Source: a virus (Duplodnaviria; Caudoviricetes). Taken from it: DNA of 64,000 nucleotides. The notes under the pieces are model-generated. The model was not told the origin of the DNA. It made no database searches and was given only the letters and a program-made list of their open reading frames with translations. A program made the translations under genes and the position numbers. The DNA lies in IMG/VR virus record IMGVR_UViG_3300030372_003981, positions 1,609 to 65,608 of that record; one strand, written 5' to 3'. Positions 36,371-46,700 of the stretch are shown piece after piece. The stretch's first letter is position 1. Each line of letters begins with the position of its first letter.

Positions 36371-37402
36371 ATGAGTGAAGAAATCAAAACAGGTGAAGAC
36401 CTAATAGAAAAGGTTGAGCAAGAATCTGCCGAAACAACCGAAGAAACAAAAGAGGCAGGATTTGACCCTACAGCATTTATGTCTGAAGGTAAAACTACTG
36501 AGACAGAAGAAGTAAAAGAAGAAGTAAAAGAAGAAGTAAAGGAAGAGGAATCAAACACTAAAGAAGAAGAAAGTGATGACTTTACCTGGGACTCTGTAGA
36601 AACAGAAGCTAAAGAGAAGGTGGAACAAGAAGAAGAAGAAGATGATTGGGACGCTGAACCAGAAGCAAAAACTGAAGACGCTAAAGAAGAACAAACAAAA
36701 GAGACAGGTGAGTCTCCGTATGATTGGGAAACTTTAGCTGGTGAAATTGGTGTAAAAGCAAAAGACGAAGATACTTTTAAAGCTGAGGTGAAGAAAATGC
36801 TTGATAATCCACCGCCTGTAAATGACACTATAACACAATTACAGGACTTTTTAAAAATGGGAGACAGAAAGCTTGTAGAGGCAGACCTTGAAGCTTCTGG
36901 TTTAGAAAAATCAGAAATAAAAGATACTGTTGATAGAATGCAAGATTCTGGTTTATTAAAAAGAGAAGCAGTTGTTCTTAGAAAGAATTTGCAAAATTAT
37001 ATTGTAAACGAAAGAGATAGATTAAGAAAGATAGAAAAGGACAGAGTTGCTCAAGAGGAGAAGGCTAATCTTGAAAATAGAAAGGCTTTGCAATCTTATA
37101 TTAAAGAAAAAGAAGACTTTTTTGGAGGTAAAATTAAAAATACTGAAAAGAAAGAATTATATAACTATATAACATCTGGAAATTTTTCAAAAGAATTATA
37201 CAGTAATCATGCCAATGTTGCGGATGCTGCTTTTTTATGGAAATACAAAGATAAGATTTTTAAGATGTTACGTGGCCAAGGAATGGAAAAGGGTAAAGCC
37301 GCTGTAATCAATAAGATTACTAATCCAAGCCTAGGACGAAAGTCTCAGCATGTTGAAACTAAACAAAAGGGAGGTTTTGACCCAGCTGAGTTTATGAAGT
37401 AA
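36371..37402 (+). CDS. Acidic scaffold-like protein
   Basis: E-rich with EEVK repeats; between portal and MCP. Confidence 0.7.
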   Translation: MSEEIKTGEDLIEKVEQESAETTEETKEAGFDPTAFMSEGKTTETEEVKEEVKEEVKEEESNTKEEESDDFTWDSVETEAKEKVEQEEEEDDWDAEPEAKTEDAKEEQTKETGESPYDWETLAGEIGVKAKDEDTFKAEVKKMLDNPPPVNDTITQLQDFLKMGDRKLVEADLEASGLEKSEIKDTVDRMQDSGLLKREAVVLRKNLQNYIVNERDRLRKIEKDRVAQEEKANLENRKALQSYIKEKEDFFGGKIKNTEKKELYNYITSGNFSKELYSNHANVADAAFLWKYKDKIFKMLRGQGMEKGKAAVINKITNPSLGRKSQHVETKQKGGFDPAEFMK

Positions 37403-37475
37403 TAAATAAAAAGGCAACGCTATTTTATTTGTTATTGTGTATTAATTTATTTATAACAATTAAAATTATTTAAAA

Positions 37476-38906
37476 ATGGCAAAAATATATACGGGTACGT
37501 ATGGAAAGGACACAACGGATGAAACGGCGTTGGTAACCAACTTACTAAAATACCCAGAGATAGGTAAAAAAATCATCTCACAATATCCACGTTTCTCTCT
37601 AACATACTTGTTAGAAGCTGCAGGTCGTAATGCTGCAGAAAAAGTTATCGGTGACTATGCTTTCGAATGGAAGATGATGGGACGATACAGAAAGCCATCT
37701 ACATTAGATGCAGGATTTACAGGAGCTGCTGCTGGTAGTACATTTAGTTGTACATTTGACCACGCTACAGCGTCTGGAATTTATGGTAACAACCTAAATG
37801 TAAATGATGTTGTAAGATTTAATGATGGTGCTACTGCAATCGTAACTGACGCGGGAAATCCAACAGCTACACAAAACGTAGTTACATTTAGAGCAATCGA
37901 CGCAACAACTTCTGCTGGAACAGCTTCAGCAGCAGGTGATGTAGTTGGTGTTATTGGTAACGCATTTAATCAAGGTTCATTAGGGTCAGAAGTAGGACAA
38001 AACTACGCTTACCCAGATACATACAAGAACTGGTTAACATTATCTCGTAAGAAAACTAAGATTATGGGGTCTGACTTAACTGATGTTACTTGGATTGAAT
38101 CTAATGGACACCGATTATGGTATTTCACAAAAGAACAACAAATGACTGACCAGTTTATGTATGAATTAGAATTACAAAGATGGTACGGTAAAAAATCATA
38201 CGCTGAAACAAGTGGACTTGTAACAAGTGCTGACGACTATCCAGGTGATATCGGAGATGCTATTACAGGACTACCAATGATGGGTGATGGTTTATTAGCG
38301 CAAATCGATGGTTCTAACCAAGCTACATATACAGCTGGTGCGTTAACAGAAGAAGATATCGTAAACTTTATTGGTACATTATCTAAAAATGCTTTAAACG
38401 CAGAAGGCAATGTATTTACAGTATTTACAGGAACACAAGGAAGAATTGACTTCCATAGAGCTATGAAAGACTTATTAGTTAATCTAGGTTCTGGTACTCC
38501 AGTATTTGCTGGTAAAGGTGGTGGTGATGTAGCATTAGGTGCTAACTTCACTGAGTACAATATCTTAGGTAATAAGATGATTCTATCTTACTGCCCAGTA
38601 TTTGATGACCCGAACTTACACAATTCTATTTCATCTACATTTGATTCTTCAAATGAGTCAGGTAAAATGGTATTTGTAGATATGGGAATTCAAAATGGTG
38701 TTAGTAATGTAGAATTAATAGCTAAAGGTGCTGAAGGTTTTAACAGAAGTTTTGTTAAGAAGTATGTACCTGGTATGGTTAATCCTTATGACTATAACTC
38801 GATGATGGCTGCAAACGGTGATGATTTCTTTGAATGTCAAATTCTTTCTGAATCTGGTATTATTCTTAGAAATCCATTATCTTGTGGTATATTATCTAAT
38901 TCGTAA
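37476..38906 (+). CDS. Major capsid protein (crAss-like HK97 fold)
   Basis: 476 aa; FEWKMMG, NWLTLSRKK, ELELQRWYG, LSESGIILRNPLSCG. Confidence 0.9.
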   Translation: MAKIYTGTYGKDTTDETALVTNLLKYPEIGKKIISQYPRFSLTYLLEAAGRNAAEKVIGDYAFEWKMMGRYRKPSTLDAGFTGAAAGSTFSCTFDHATASGIYGNNLNVNDVVRFNDGATAIVTDAGNPTATQNVVTFRAIDATTSAGTASAAGDVVGVIGNAFNQGSLGSEVGQNYAYPDTYKNWLTLSRKKTKIMGSDLTDVTWIESNGHRLWYFTKEQQMTDQFMYELELQRWYGKKSYAETSGLVTSADDYPGDIGDAITGLPMMGDGLLAQIDGSNQATYTAGALTEEDIVNFIGTLSKNALNAEGNVFTVFTGTQGRIDFHRAMKDLLVNLGSGTPVFAGKGGGDVALGANFTEYNILGNKMILSYCPVFDDPNLHNSISSTFDSSNESGKMVFVDMGIQNGVSNVELIAKGAEGFNRSFVKKYVPGMVNPYDYNSMMAANGDDFFECQILSESGIILRNPLSCGILSNS

Positions 38907-38922
38907 ATTTAATATGTGTAAC

Positions 38923-38941
38923 AGGGAGGCTTGTCCTCCCT
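38923..38941 (+). terminator. Hairpin after MCP
   Basis: AGGGAGG/CCTCCCT stem followed by a pyrimidine-rich run. Confidence 0.6.
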
Positions 38942-38971
38942 CTTACCTTTAACTTTTAAAAATAAAATAAA

Positions 38972-39283
38972 ATGGCAAAACCAACTAAATTCTTCTACAT
39001 TAGAAAAGATGCAGATGAAACAATGGCCTTCCCAGTTGACGCAATACGTTCTTTTACAATGAGTGATGACTCATCACTTCTTATAAGTATAGAGGGTATA
39101 GCGGGAACAACTGGAGCTGGTAATGTAGATTTAAGTATAACAACAGGTGAATCTGCAAATGTTATAAAAGCAATACTAAACGCGGGTCGTTCTAGTAGAG
39201 CTTTATTTATAAATATAGCTGATAAGGTTACAGGAAAATATATTCACAGTGGAATAACAGATGTTGCTTCTACAACTGAATAG
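38972..39283 (+). CDS. Paralog family C protein (capsid auxiliary candidate)
   Basis: KFFYIR...AFPVDAIRS...ITTG...VIKAI...YIHSGITDV. Confidence 0.7.
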   Translation: MAKPTKFFYIRKDADETMAFPVDAIRSFTMSDDSSLLISIEGIAGTTGAGNVDLSITTGESANVIKAILNAGRSSRALFINIADKVTGKYIHSGITDVASTTE

Positions 39284-39309
39284 AGTGTTAATGTTTAAAA
39301 ATTAAAAAA

Positions 39310-39621
39310 ATGAGAAAATTTTTATATGCAAGAAATGCAGCAGATGCTGCTAATACAATTATTGCGGTTCCATTTGATAGCATTCGTTCTATGCATTTGA
39401 CAGGCGCAACAGCTTTAAAAATCCAATTTATTGGTGACGACGCTGGTCTAGGTAGTGCAATATTTACTATTACAACGGGCAAGTCTTTAGAGGTGATGAA
39501 AGCAATTGTTAACTCGCAAAGGTCGAGTAGCATGGCTTTCGTTTCTATTGGAGACGATACTACTAGTAAGTATATACATGAAAACTTGACTGATGTTGGA
39601 ACTATAAACTTCAGTGGATAA
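39310..39621 (+). CDS. Paralog family C protein (capsid auxiliary candidate)
   Basis: KFLYAR...PFDSIRS...ITTG..VMKAIV...YIHENLTDV. Confidence 0.7.
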   Translation: MRKFLYARNAADAANTIIAVPFDSIRSMHLTGATALKIQFIGDDAGLGSAIFTITTGKSLEVMKAIVNSQRSSSMAFVSIGDDTTSKYIHENLTDVGTINFSG

Positions 39622-39639
39622 TAAGTAAATCAATGTGAC

Positions 39640-39662
39640 GAGGGGGAAAGTTAACCCCCCTC
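39640..39662 (+). terminator. Intergenic hairpin
   Basis: GAGGGGG/CCCCCTC stem. Confidence 0.55.
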
Positions 39663-39712
39663 TAATCATTTAAAAATAGAAAACTAAGTGTTAACTTTAA
39701 AAATTATAAAAA

Positions 39713-40171
39713 ATGCAAGATAAATTCAAAGTTGTACGTTCAGCAGATAGCGACGACGTACTACGAGCTATACAAGGCCAAATAAGAGAGGTTGTTACCT
39801 TTGGTGATGTGTCTGACTCAATAGAGGACATTAAGTCTGGAGCATTGGTATTAATTAATGCCGCTGCAACAGCAGACAGAACAATTACATTACCAGCACC
39901 AGCTGTAGGTTTATATTTTTCTATTATATGGACTGTTGCTTCAGATGCACAGGCAACTATAATAGAAGTTCCTTCAGGTGCTTTATTAGGTTCTGTTTTA
40001 GCTCAAAACGGCTCAGGTACTACTATAGTACAGTCTGATGGTACAGACACAAAAATTACTGTTAATGATAACATCGAACCAGGATGTAGATTAGAGTTTG
40101 TTTCTGATGGAACTAACTTTATTGTTTCTGGAGCAGTTATGTCAGCAGATGCTGACCCAGCGTTCAGTTAA
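39713..40171 (+). CDS. Head fibre/decoration-like protein
   Basis: RTITLPAPAVGLYF...GCRLEFVSDGTNF pattern. Confidence 0.55.
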   Translation: MQDKFKVVRSADSDDVLRAIQGQIREVVTFGDVSDSIEDIKSGALVLINAAATADRTITLPAPAVGLYFSIIWTVASDAQATIIEVPSGALLGSVLAQNGSGTTIVQSDGTDTKITVNDNIEPGCRLEFVSDGTNFIVSGAVMSADADPAFS

Positions 40172-40191
40172 TAGTTTATTTATATACTTAT

Positions 40192-40207
40192 CCCCTCTTC
40201 GGAGGGG
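40192..40207 (+). terminator. cUUCGg hairpin
   Basis: CCCCTC-TTCG-GAGGGG. Confidence 0.55.
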
Positions 40208-40222
40208 GTGGGTATTATTATT

Positions 40223-40375
40223 ATGGCAAGGACAATATTAAAATATAACCCAAATACTGGGAAAGTAGAAGAGCACTCGGAGTCCACTCCTAAGGAGGGG
40301 TGTAATCTGTTAATTAAACAAAGCGGGCCAGGTTTGAAATGGACTAGCAAACATGGGCAAAAATTAAAAAAATAA
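40223..40375 (+). CDS. Small protein, 50 aa (MARTILKYNPNTGKVEE...), not in track
   Basis: ATG 40223 to TAA 40373-40375; fills the gap. Confidence 0.55.
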   Translation: MARTILKYNPNTGKVEEHSESTPKEGCNLLIKQSGPGLKWTSKHGQKLKK

Positions 40376-40378
40376 GTT

Positions 40379-41086
40379 ATGAGCAAAAACACACACATGG
40401 TATTTTACAGAAGTAAAAACCCACAAAGAATGAGTTATGTATTCTTTGGAAACTACAAGGATAAAACAGGTAAGATGCACACATATACAGATGTAAATGG
40501 TGTAGCACATAGAGGTTTTCCAAATACTAATCCAGTTATAAGATTAGATATTATGCAACCTCATCATACATTGTTAGATGAATTCTTACAGGGACATCCA
40601 TTAGTAGAAAATGGTTCTTGGGTAAGAGATGACTCTATCCAAAGACAGGAGCAAGAAGCTAATGCAATAATGACATCTGCTAATGCTGTTATGGAGGCCG
40701 CTAAATTAAACATGGCTGAAGTAAGAGAATTAGGAAGATTGTTAGGATTAAATTTAGATTCTAGAGACGACATATTAAAAGCACATGTACTAAAAATAGC
40801 TGCAGAAAATCCAGATTATTTTATGTCTATGTGGTTTGATGAAGATAAGCATTATAGAGTGTTTGTTATGGAGTCACAAGAAGCTGGAGTTATAAGATGG
40901 GAAAAAGATGTATTTAAATATGGTTCACAAACTATAGGTATATCAGAAGACCAAGTTATAAAATGGCTAAAAGACAACAAAGATATTTTTGCTATGCTTA
41001 AATCACAATTAAATGGTGGAGGCAAAGTTGAAATGGACTTAGTTGAACAAAAGCAGGAAGCTACTAAGAAAAAAATAAAAAAATAG
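40379..41086 (+). CDS. Conserved crAss-like protein downstream of MCP
   Basis: Position and helical C-terminal domain (KIAAENPDYF...GVIR...FKYG). Confidence 0.6.
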   Translation: MSKNTHMVFYRSKNPQRMSYVFFGNYKDKTGKMHTYTDVNGVAHRGFPNTNPVIRLDIMQPHHTLLDEFLQGHPLVENGSWVRDDSIQRQEQEANAIMTSANAVMEAAKLNMAEVRELGRLLGLNLDSRDDILKAHVLKIAAENPDYFMSMWFDEDKHYRVFVMESQEAGVIRWEKDVFKYGSQTIGISEDQVIKWLKDNKDIFAMLKSQLNGGGKVEMDLVEQKQEATKKKIKK

Positions 41087-41092
41087 TAGCAA

Positions 41093-41872
41093 ATGATTAC
41101 AAATGCATCAAGTGCACGAGAGAGGGTCAGACTTATATTAGATAGGGCTGACTCTCCTTGGTTAACAGATTCGGAAATAAATGGCTTTATAGAGGCTTCT
41201 ATAACCGAGTATATAAGAGAACGCACTAATGTGTATGGTGGTAATCAAAAAGTTAGGGACGATTTTGGCAAGTTTGTTCATAGTGTAAGTTTTTCAAACG
41301 AACCCACTGGTGCTGTAGATTTAGAAAGTGTATTTAGAAGACAATTTGTAAATTTTGATGCAACAGGAGTATATGACAATTCACCAAATATAAACTTAGA
41401 GCATGATTATGCTGGTGGTGAATGGGGTATAAATGCCTCAAGTAATGCAGCTGCTGGTGTAGGTTGTCAAATAGTAGACAGTGGAGATGGTGTTGAAGAT
41501 ACTTTATTCTTTGGAACCTTATTAGAAATAAAAGTTTTACAAGGCGTAAACATAAAGCAATGTAAAGTAATGAGTGTAGATGATGCTTTATCTGCATCTA
41601 AAGACCCATTTAATCAACCAGGTTCATTTTCTGAATATCATGCGATAAGAATAGAAAACACCTACTGGGTAAGACCAGGAGCTGTTAGTACTACTATGCA
41701 AGTTGTAATAACTTACATTTCTAATAATAATAATGTTGAAAATATTAATTGGCTTCCTGTTCATGGTAGAGAAGAAGTTTGTCAAATAGCAAGTAGAAAA
41801 ATATTAGGAACAGTTGCTGATGAAAGACAACCAGCTGTTGATAATGAAATTAAACAATTAGAGGGAAAATAA
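41093..41872 (+). CDS. Tail ring/adaptor protein
   Basis: DSPWLTDSEI start, LPVHGREEVCQIA end; synteny. Confidence 0.65.
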   Translation: MITNASSARERVRLILDRADSPWLTDSEINGFIEASITEYIRERTNVYGGNQKVRDDFGKFVHSVSFSNEPTGAVDLESVFRRQFVNFDATGVYDNSPNINLEHDYAGGEWGINASSNAAAGVGCQIVDSGDGVEDTLFFGTLLEIKVLQGVNIKQCKVMSVDDALSASKDPFNQPGSFSEYHAIRIENTYWVRPGAVSTTMQVVITYISNNNNVENINWLPVHGREEVCQIASRKILGTVADERQPAVDNEIKQLEGK

Positions 41873-41890
41873 TTTTGCTCCCTGCTTTGT

Positions 41891-41922
41891 GATGAGGGGT
41901 TAGGTTCGCCCTGCCCCTTATC
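41891..41922 (+). terminator. UUCG hairpin between ring genes
   Basis: GATGAGGGGT...GG-TTCG-CC...GCCCCTTATC then TTT. Confidence 0.5.
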
Positions 41923-41937
41923 TTTAAATATTAAATT

Positions 41938-42630
41938 ATGACTTTAAATCAAATAGCATATAATATTAAAAATATAGTAGAGGGAGGTATAGCGGGTGAT
42001 GACTCTAATTTATCAATTACACAAATAAAGTACATGGTAAATTATCATAGAGCGCAACTATTAACAAAATATACAGACAGTGGTAGATTTGTTTCTGATG
42101 CAATGTTATCAGTTAAATCTGCGGTAAACTCAGGTGGTACTATGACAATCCCAACTATTTTAGGTTGGGCTAATAATAGAGCTATAAAAGAGGTTACACT
42201 AACAGATAGTACAACTGGAAAAATACACAATCTTCCAGTTATGGCACCATCTGAAGTTGAGTTTTTTTTGTCAACAAGGTTTGCTCCAAATGAGAGTCAT
42301 TTTTTCTCGTCATATAGTATTGATGATGGCTTAAGAGTTAGAAATAATGATGGAACTACATATGCTAATAATAATCATATTCTAACTGCAAAAGTTGTTT
42401 TAACAAATCCAGAAGAATCAGGTTGGAGTAGTACAGATTATCCAATACCAGCAGAGCTTTTAGGCTCTTTAACAGAAGCGGTGTTAGCAAAAGAATTTAA
42501 TGTGTTCTTAAGAGTAACACCAGATTACGCAAATAACGCTGTAGATGAAAGAGCAGCAAAGATGGCAGCTACACCAACAAAAGCGTCACCAAATGCTAAT
42601 GCAAGGTCAAGGAAAGCAAGAACTAGATAA
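41938..42630 (+). CDS. Tail ring/adaptor protein
   Basis: MTLNQIAYNI...QIKYMVNYHRAQL; DYPIPAEL; synteny. Confidence 0.7.
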   Translation: MTLNQIAYNIKNIVEGGIAGDDSNLSITQIKYMVNYHRAQLLTKYTDSGRFVSDAMLSVKSAVNSGGTMTIPTILGWANNRAIKEVTLTDSTTGKIHNLPVMAPSEVEFFLSTRFAPNESHFFSSYSIDDGLRVRNNDGTTYANNNHILTAKVVLTNPEESGWSSTDYPIPAELLGSLTEAVLAKEFNVFLRVTPDYANNAVDERAAKMAATPTKASPNANARSRKARTR

Positions 42631-42632
42631 AT

Positions 42633-43058
42633 ATGAATATAAGAGATTATAAAGAAAAATATACTTTTTTAAAAGATATTTATAATACTATAAAAAAAGA
42701 AATAAAAGTAAAGGGGACAAAAAGACAAAGGCAATTAAGCTATACTGAATATCGCAATATTGTAAGTAGTTATTTTGATATTATGATAGATAGAGTGGCA
42801 AATGAAAGAGATAAGTTTAAGTTGCCAAATAGATTAGGAACCTTATATGTAAAAAAGTGCAAAAATAAAAGACCTTTTCATATAAGAGTGGATATTGCAG
42901 AAAGTGAAAGAATGGGTGAGGTTGTAAAATATAAAGTGCCTATACTTAATGCTTATTATAATAAACTTGTTTGGCTAAGGCCTAGAAAGTTAAAAAAATG
43001 TAAAGTGTTACCTTTGTATAAATTTAAGAAGGTAATTAAAGAGGTAAAAGAATATTAA
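42633..43058 (+). CDS. IHF/HU-like basic protein of the crAss tail cluster
   Basis: FKLPNRLGTLYVKK; position between ring genes. Confidence 0.65.
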   Translation: MNIRDYKEKYTFLKDIYNTIKKEIKVKGTKRQRQLSYTEYRNIVSSYFDIMIDRVANERDKFKLPNRLGTLYVKKCKNKRPFHIRVDIAESERMGEVVKYKVPILNAYYNKLVWLRPRKLKKCKVLPLYKFKKVIKEVKEY

Positions 43059-43059
43059 T

Positions 43060-43719
43060 ATGAATGGACAAGTTGGAAAAAGAGTAAGTGTAAAAAGAGT
43101 TATAGCAAATGTTATAAGGAATTTAGAGATTACAGATGCTTCTAAAAACTTTTATGCTTTTATTGAATGGGCTTTTGAAGCAGAAAGAAAAATAGGTTCA
43201 TATAAAACTTTTGTAAAAAGAACTGCTACATTAAACATTGTAAACAAACAGGCATCTTTACCTAATGATTTTTTAAGTTTAATAGACGTTAAAAAAGCTG
43301 GAGATGCATCTAACTCTACATATTTTTCACAAAGCTCGGCATCTTTTCCAGAAGATGTAGACAAGCAAAATACTTTTTATTTAACTGAAGACACTATTAA
43401 TTTATCTACTGGAGACCATTCTTCTTTAGATGTAGCATATTATGCTATAGATACAGATGATGAAGGATTCCCTACTATTGCAGAAAACCATGAGGATGCT
43501 GTATCTGCATATATTATGTGGAAATATAAAGCAAGAGATTATTATAATGGAAAATTAGCTAGAGCTATATATGTAGACATGGAAAGGAATTGGTCACGGC
43601 TGTGTGCTCAAACTAGAGGTAATGACAATATGCCAACACCTATAGAAATGAAAAAAGCTGCAGCAATATGGAACACATTGGTTCCTGTTAAAAGTTTAAA
43701 TGGATTACTTAACGTATAA
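43060..43719 (+). CDS. Tail ring/tubular protein
   Basis: VSVKRVI, ASLPNDF, DDEGFPTI motifs; synteny. Confidence 0.7.
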   Translation: MNGQVGKRVSVKRVIANVIRNLEITDASKNFYAFIEWAFEAERKIGSYKTFVKRTATLNIVNKQASLPNDFLSLIDVKKAGDASNSTYFSQSSASFPEDVDKQNTFYLTEDTINLSTGDHSSLDVAYYAIDTDDEGFPTIAENHEDAVSAYIMWKYKARDYYNGKLARAIYVDMERNWSRLCAQTRGNDNMPTPIEMKKAAAIWNTLVPVKSLNGLLNV

Positions 43720-46700
43720 TGAGAAAAGCTGGAAAACCAAATAGTTTTTTAAAGGGCATGCAGTTTGACATGGACCCTGGAATACAACCTAAAGACACTT
43801 ATAGGTATGCTAAAAATGTAAGGCTAAATTCTTATAAAGGGAAAAATGTATCAATACACCCATACGACAGTGACAGGTTAACATTAAATTTAAATGGAAC
43901 CACAAGCACGCAAACATCAGGAGCTCAAGAATATATAATACCCCCAATAAGCCAGTGGAGTCAATTTCAAGACGCTATAAGCTCGTCTGATGGACTTGAC
44001 TTAACATTTGGTAGTTTTTTACAATGGGGCGTAGATGAGGGATATTTTAACATATCCAATTTTATACAATCGCCATTTGGTGATGATTTACCAGGATTAC
44101 CAAACGAAGATATGGTTGAGATAATTCTATTTGCTGCTTCAACTAATCCTGATGGTTATCCATATAATGGTGACGAAAATAATCTTATTGGTCCATTGTC
44201 TGAGTGGTTAGGTTTTTTTGAATACCTACAAGTTGGTGTGCAAGCAATTCCAACAAGTTTTATTTTTTCAGAATTAGGGGATTCTGATGGTGTGGGATTA
44301 ACTTTTACAACAACTATTACTACAGATGTAAATGAATATGTAGTTACAACAGAAGTTCCTGCTGGAGTTGACCAAGAAACAATTGCAGGCACTTCTTATT
44401 TTGAAAATCTTATAGCTCAGTCAATTAATGATTCAGATAATGGATTATTATGCAGTGTTTTTACTGTAAACGTTTTTGAGTATACTTTATCTACTTTTGT
44501 TATTCAATCTTTAGTTGGCGTTGAAACTGTTGAAGTTGTTACTATAGATGCTACAGGAAGCTTAATTGTGCAACCCTTTCTTGAGACAGAGGGTTTTGAA
44601 AATCTTCAAAATGATTTTGCTTCAGCGTTTCAAGTTACTTTTGCTTGGTATGCTGTAAGTATATTAGGATATGCGCCAGGAAGCACAAACACTTGGATTG
44701 AGTGTATGGGTTATATTGGACAAGCATTAGCAGGGTGGTTTGTAAACTATATAGGTGATATTAACACTGAAGAAGTGGATTCTATTTTGGGAGGGTTAAC
44801 TACTATAGAAATTGAAGAACAACAAGTTTTTAATGGAGCTTTTGGTGCAGTAGAGGTTCCTGATGGTGATAATTATGAGGCTTTTCAAGCACCTGAAATG
44901 CAAATTGTTGGAACATATGCATTTTCTGATTATTTAGTTTTATTAGGAACTTGGATAAATTCAGAAGAAATATCTAATACCCCTGCAGACTTTATATTAA
45001 AAACCTCTCAAAAAAGAGACGGAATGCTGGTAACCCCAGCTAATATGCAAGAGGGTGATATTTTTCAAATGTTTTTTATGGGAGATTTGGGTTTCTCTAA
45101 TAGAAAACAACTTAAGGTTGTAGGTTCAGAAGAAAGCGACCAAATAAGAAGATTATATTTTACAGATGGTGACTTTCCTCTTAGAACTATAAATGTGGGC
45201 GCAGACCCGTCAATATATACTCCATATACTAATCAGCCAACATTTTTTGACCTGTTCGTAGAGGCGAAACAAAGTCAGCCTAAGATAACAGGGTTTTCAG
45301 AAGGTGGAAGTTTAGACAGTGTAGCACATGCATATTGTTTTAGATATAAAACTAGAGATGGAAGGTATTCTAGAATATCTCCCGTTTGTAATCCAGCATC
45401 ATTACCAGTAACAACTAAAAACACACAAGCTGCTTTTACAAGAGGTGCCAATGCAGATGTAAATACTGGTAAATCAATACAAGGAATTATAGAAGATGTT
45501 GACGCGTCTTTTCCTTTTTTAGAGGTAATACATGTACCATATTTAAATGGAGTTCCAGGTACAGCTCAAGTTATAAATACTATTGCTATTCCAAACACTC
45601 AGGGAGTGGTAGACATTAATTTTGTACATACTGGTACAGAAACAATAATGGAAGAAATTTCAGTTATGGAATTTCAAATAAACTCTGTAAGCTGGGATAT
45701 ATGTAAAGCCTTAGAGGTAAAAGATAATAGACTTTTTTGTGGTAATTTAAAGGGTGGCTCAGCCCGTATAGACACAGACTTTACTGTAGCTTCTTATAAT
45801 GAGGCAAATTTACACCATAGTTATGAAGGTGGAAATCCTGATTTGTTTGACGACCTATTGTACTCTAAAGGGGGGTTAAAATTTAATAATGATGGTGATT
45901 CAGCAAATGTATATGTAACAGACTCACCGTTAGAGGGCGGGTATGTTAAGCCAGAAGGAAAAGATTTGTATAGATACATAAAGGGTCCTGATGAACCAGA
46001 CGGTGAAGGGGAGGGTGGTTCAGCTTTGTATAATTTTACACACCAAATGCATGATGGAATAATTCATTACGATGATGTTAATGAACCAGTTGCATGGGGT
46101 GGAAAGCGTGGTGTATTTGGCGCAGAAAGTAAGTATTTTAATACTCCTATGGATAATGGTGAATATGAGGGTGTAAGGGTTACTTTTAGAATTTTAGGAG
46201 CTAATAATACCCCAGGTAACGCAATACAATTAGACGATAGCAACAACCTGATAACAACTGGAAATAATAAAGGTGCAAGTGCACCATTTTACACATTAAA
46301 TCAAAGTGCTGGAGATGGCAATTACTATGCTAGTTATGCGAATCCAATATATAATTCCAATTATGTAGGTTATACAAGAGGAGAAATATATAGATTTGGA
46401 ATTTTATTTTATGATAAAAAAGGTTCGCCAATGTTTGTGAAGCGTATTGGAGATGTAAGAATGCCAGAACATAGTGCAGAATATATTGTTCCTCAATATG
46501 ATGCACAGGGCGGTATATACCTAACAACAACGGAGTGGCCATATTATTATCAAACAAGTAGAAGTGATTTAGATGGAGGCTTTTTAGATTGGCCAGGCGA
46601 AGATTTTAGTACTTCGTATTACAAAAAACCATATACTGATGGATTAACCGCTAAAGGAGAAGGGCAATACGGATGTGTATTATACCCATATTTTGAGGTA

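Noticed and set aside
36505-36548. GAAGTAAAAGAA tandem repeats
   Set aside because: In-frame EEVK low-complexity coding repeat in the scaffold gene; no spacers, so not CRISPR or a regulatory array
36334-36828. 164-aa Ser-rich antisense ORF
   Set aside because: Shadow of the Glu-rich scaffold codons (GAA read as TTC/TCT)
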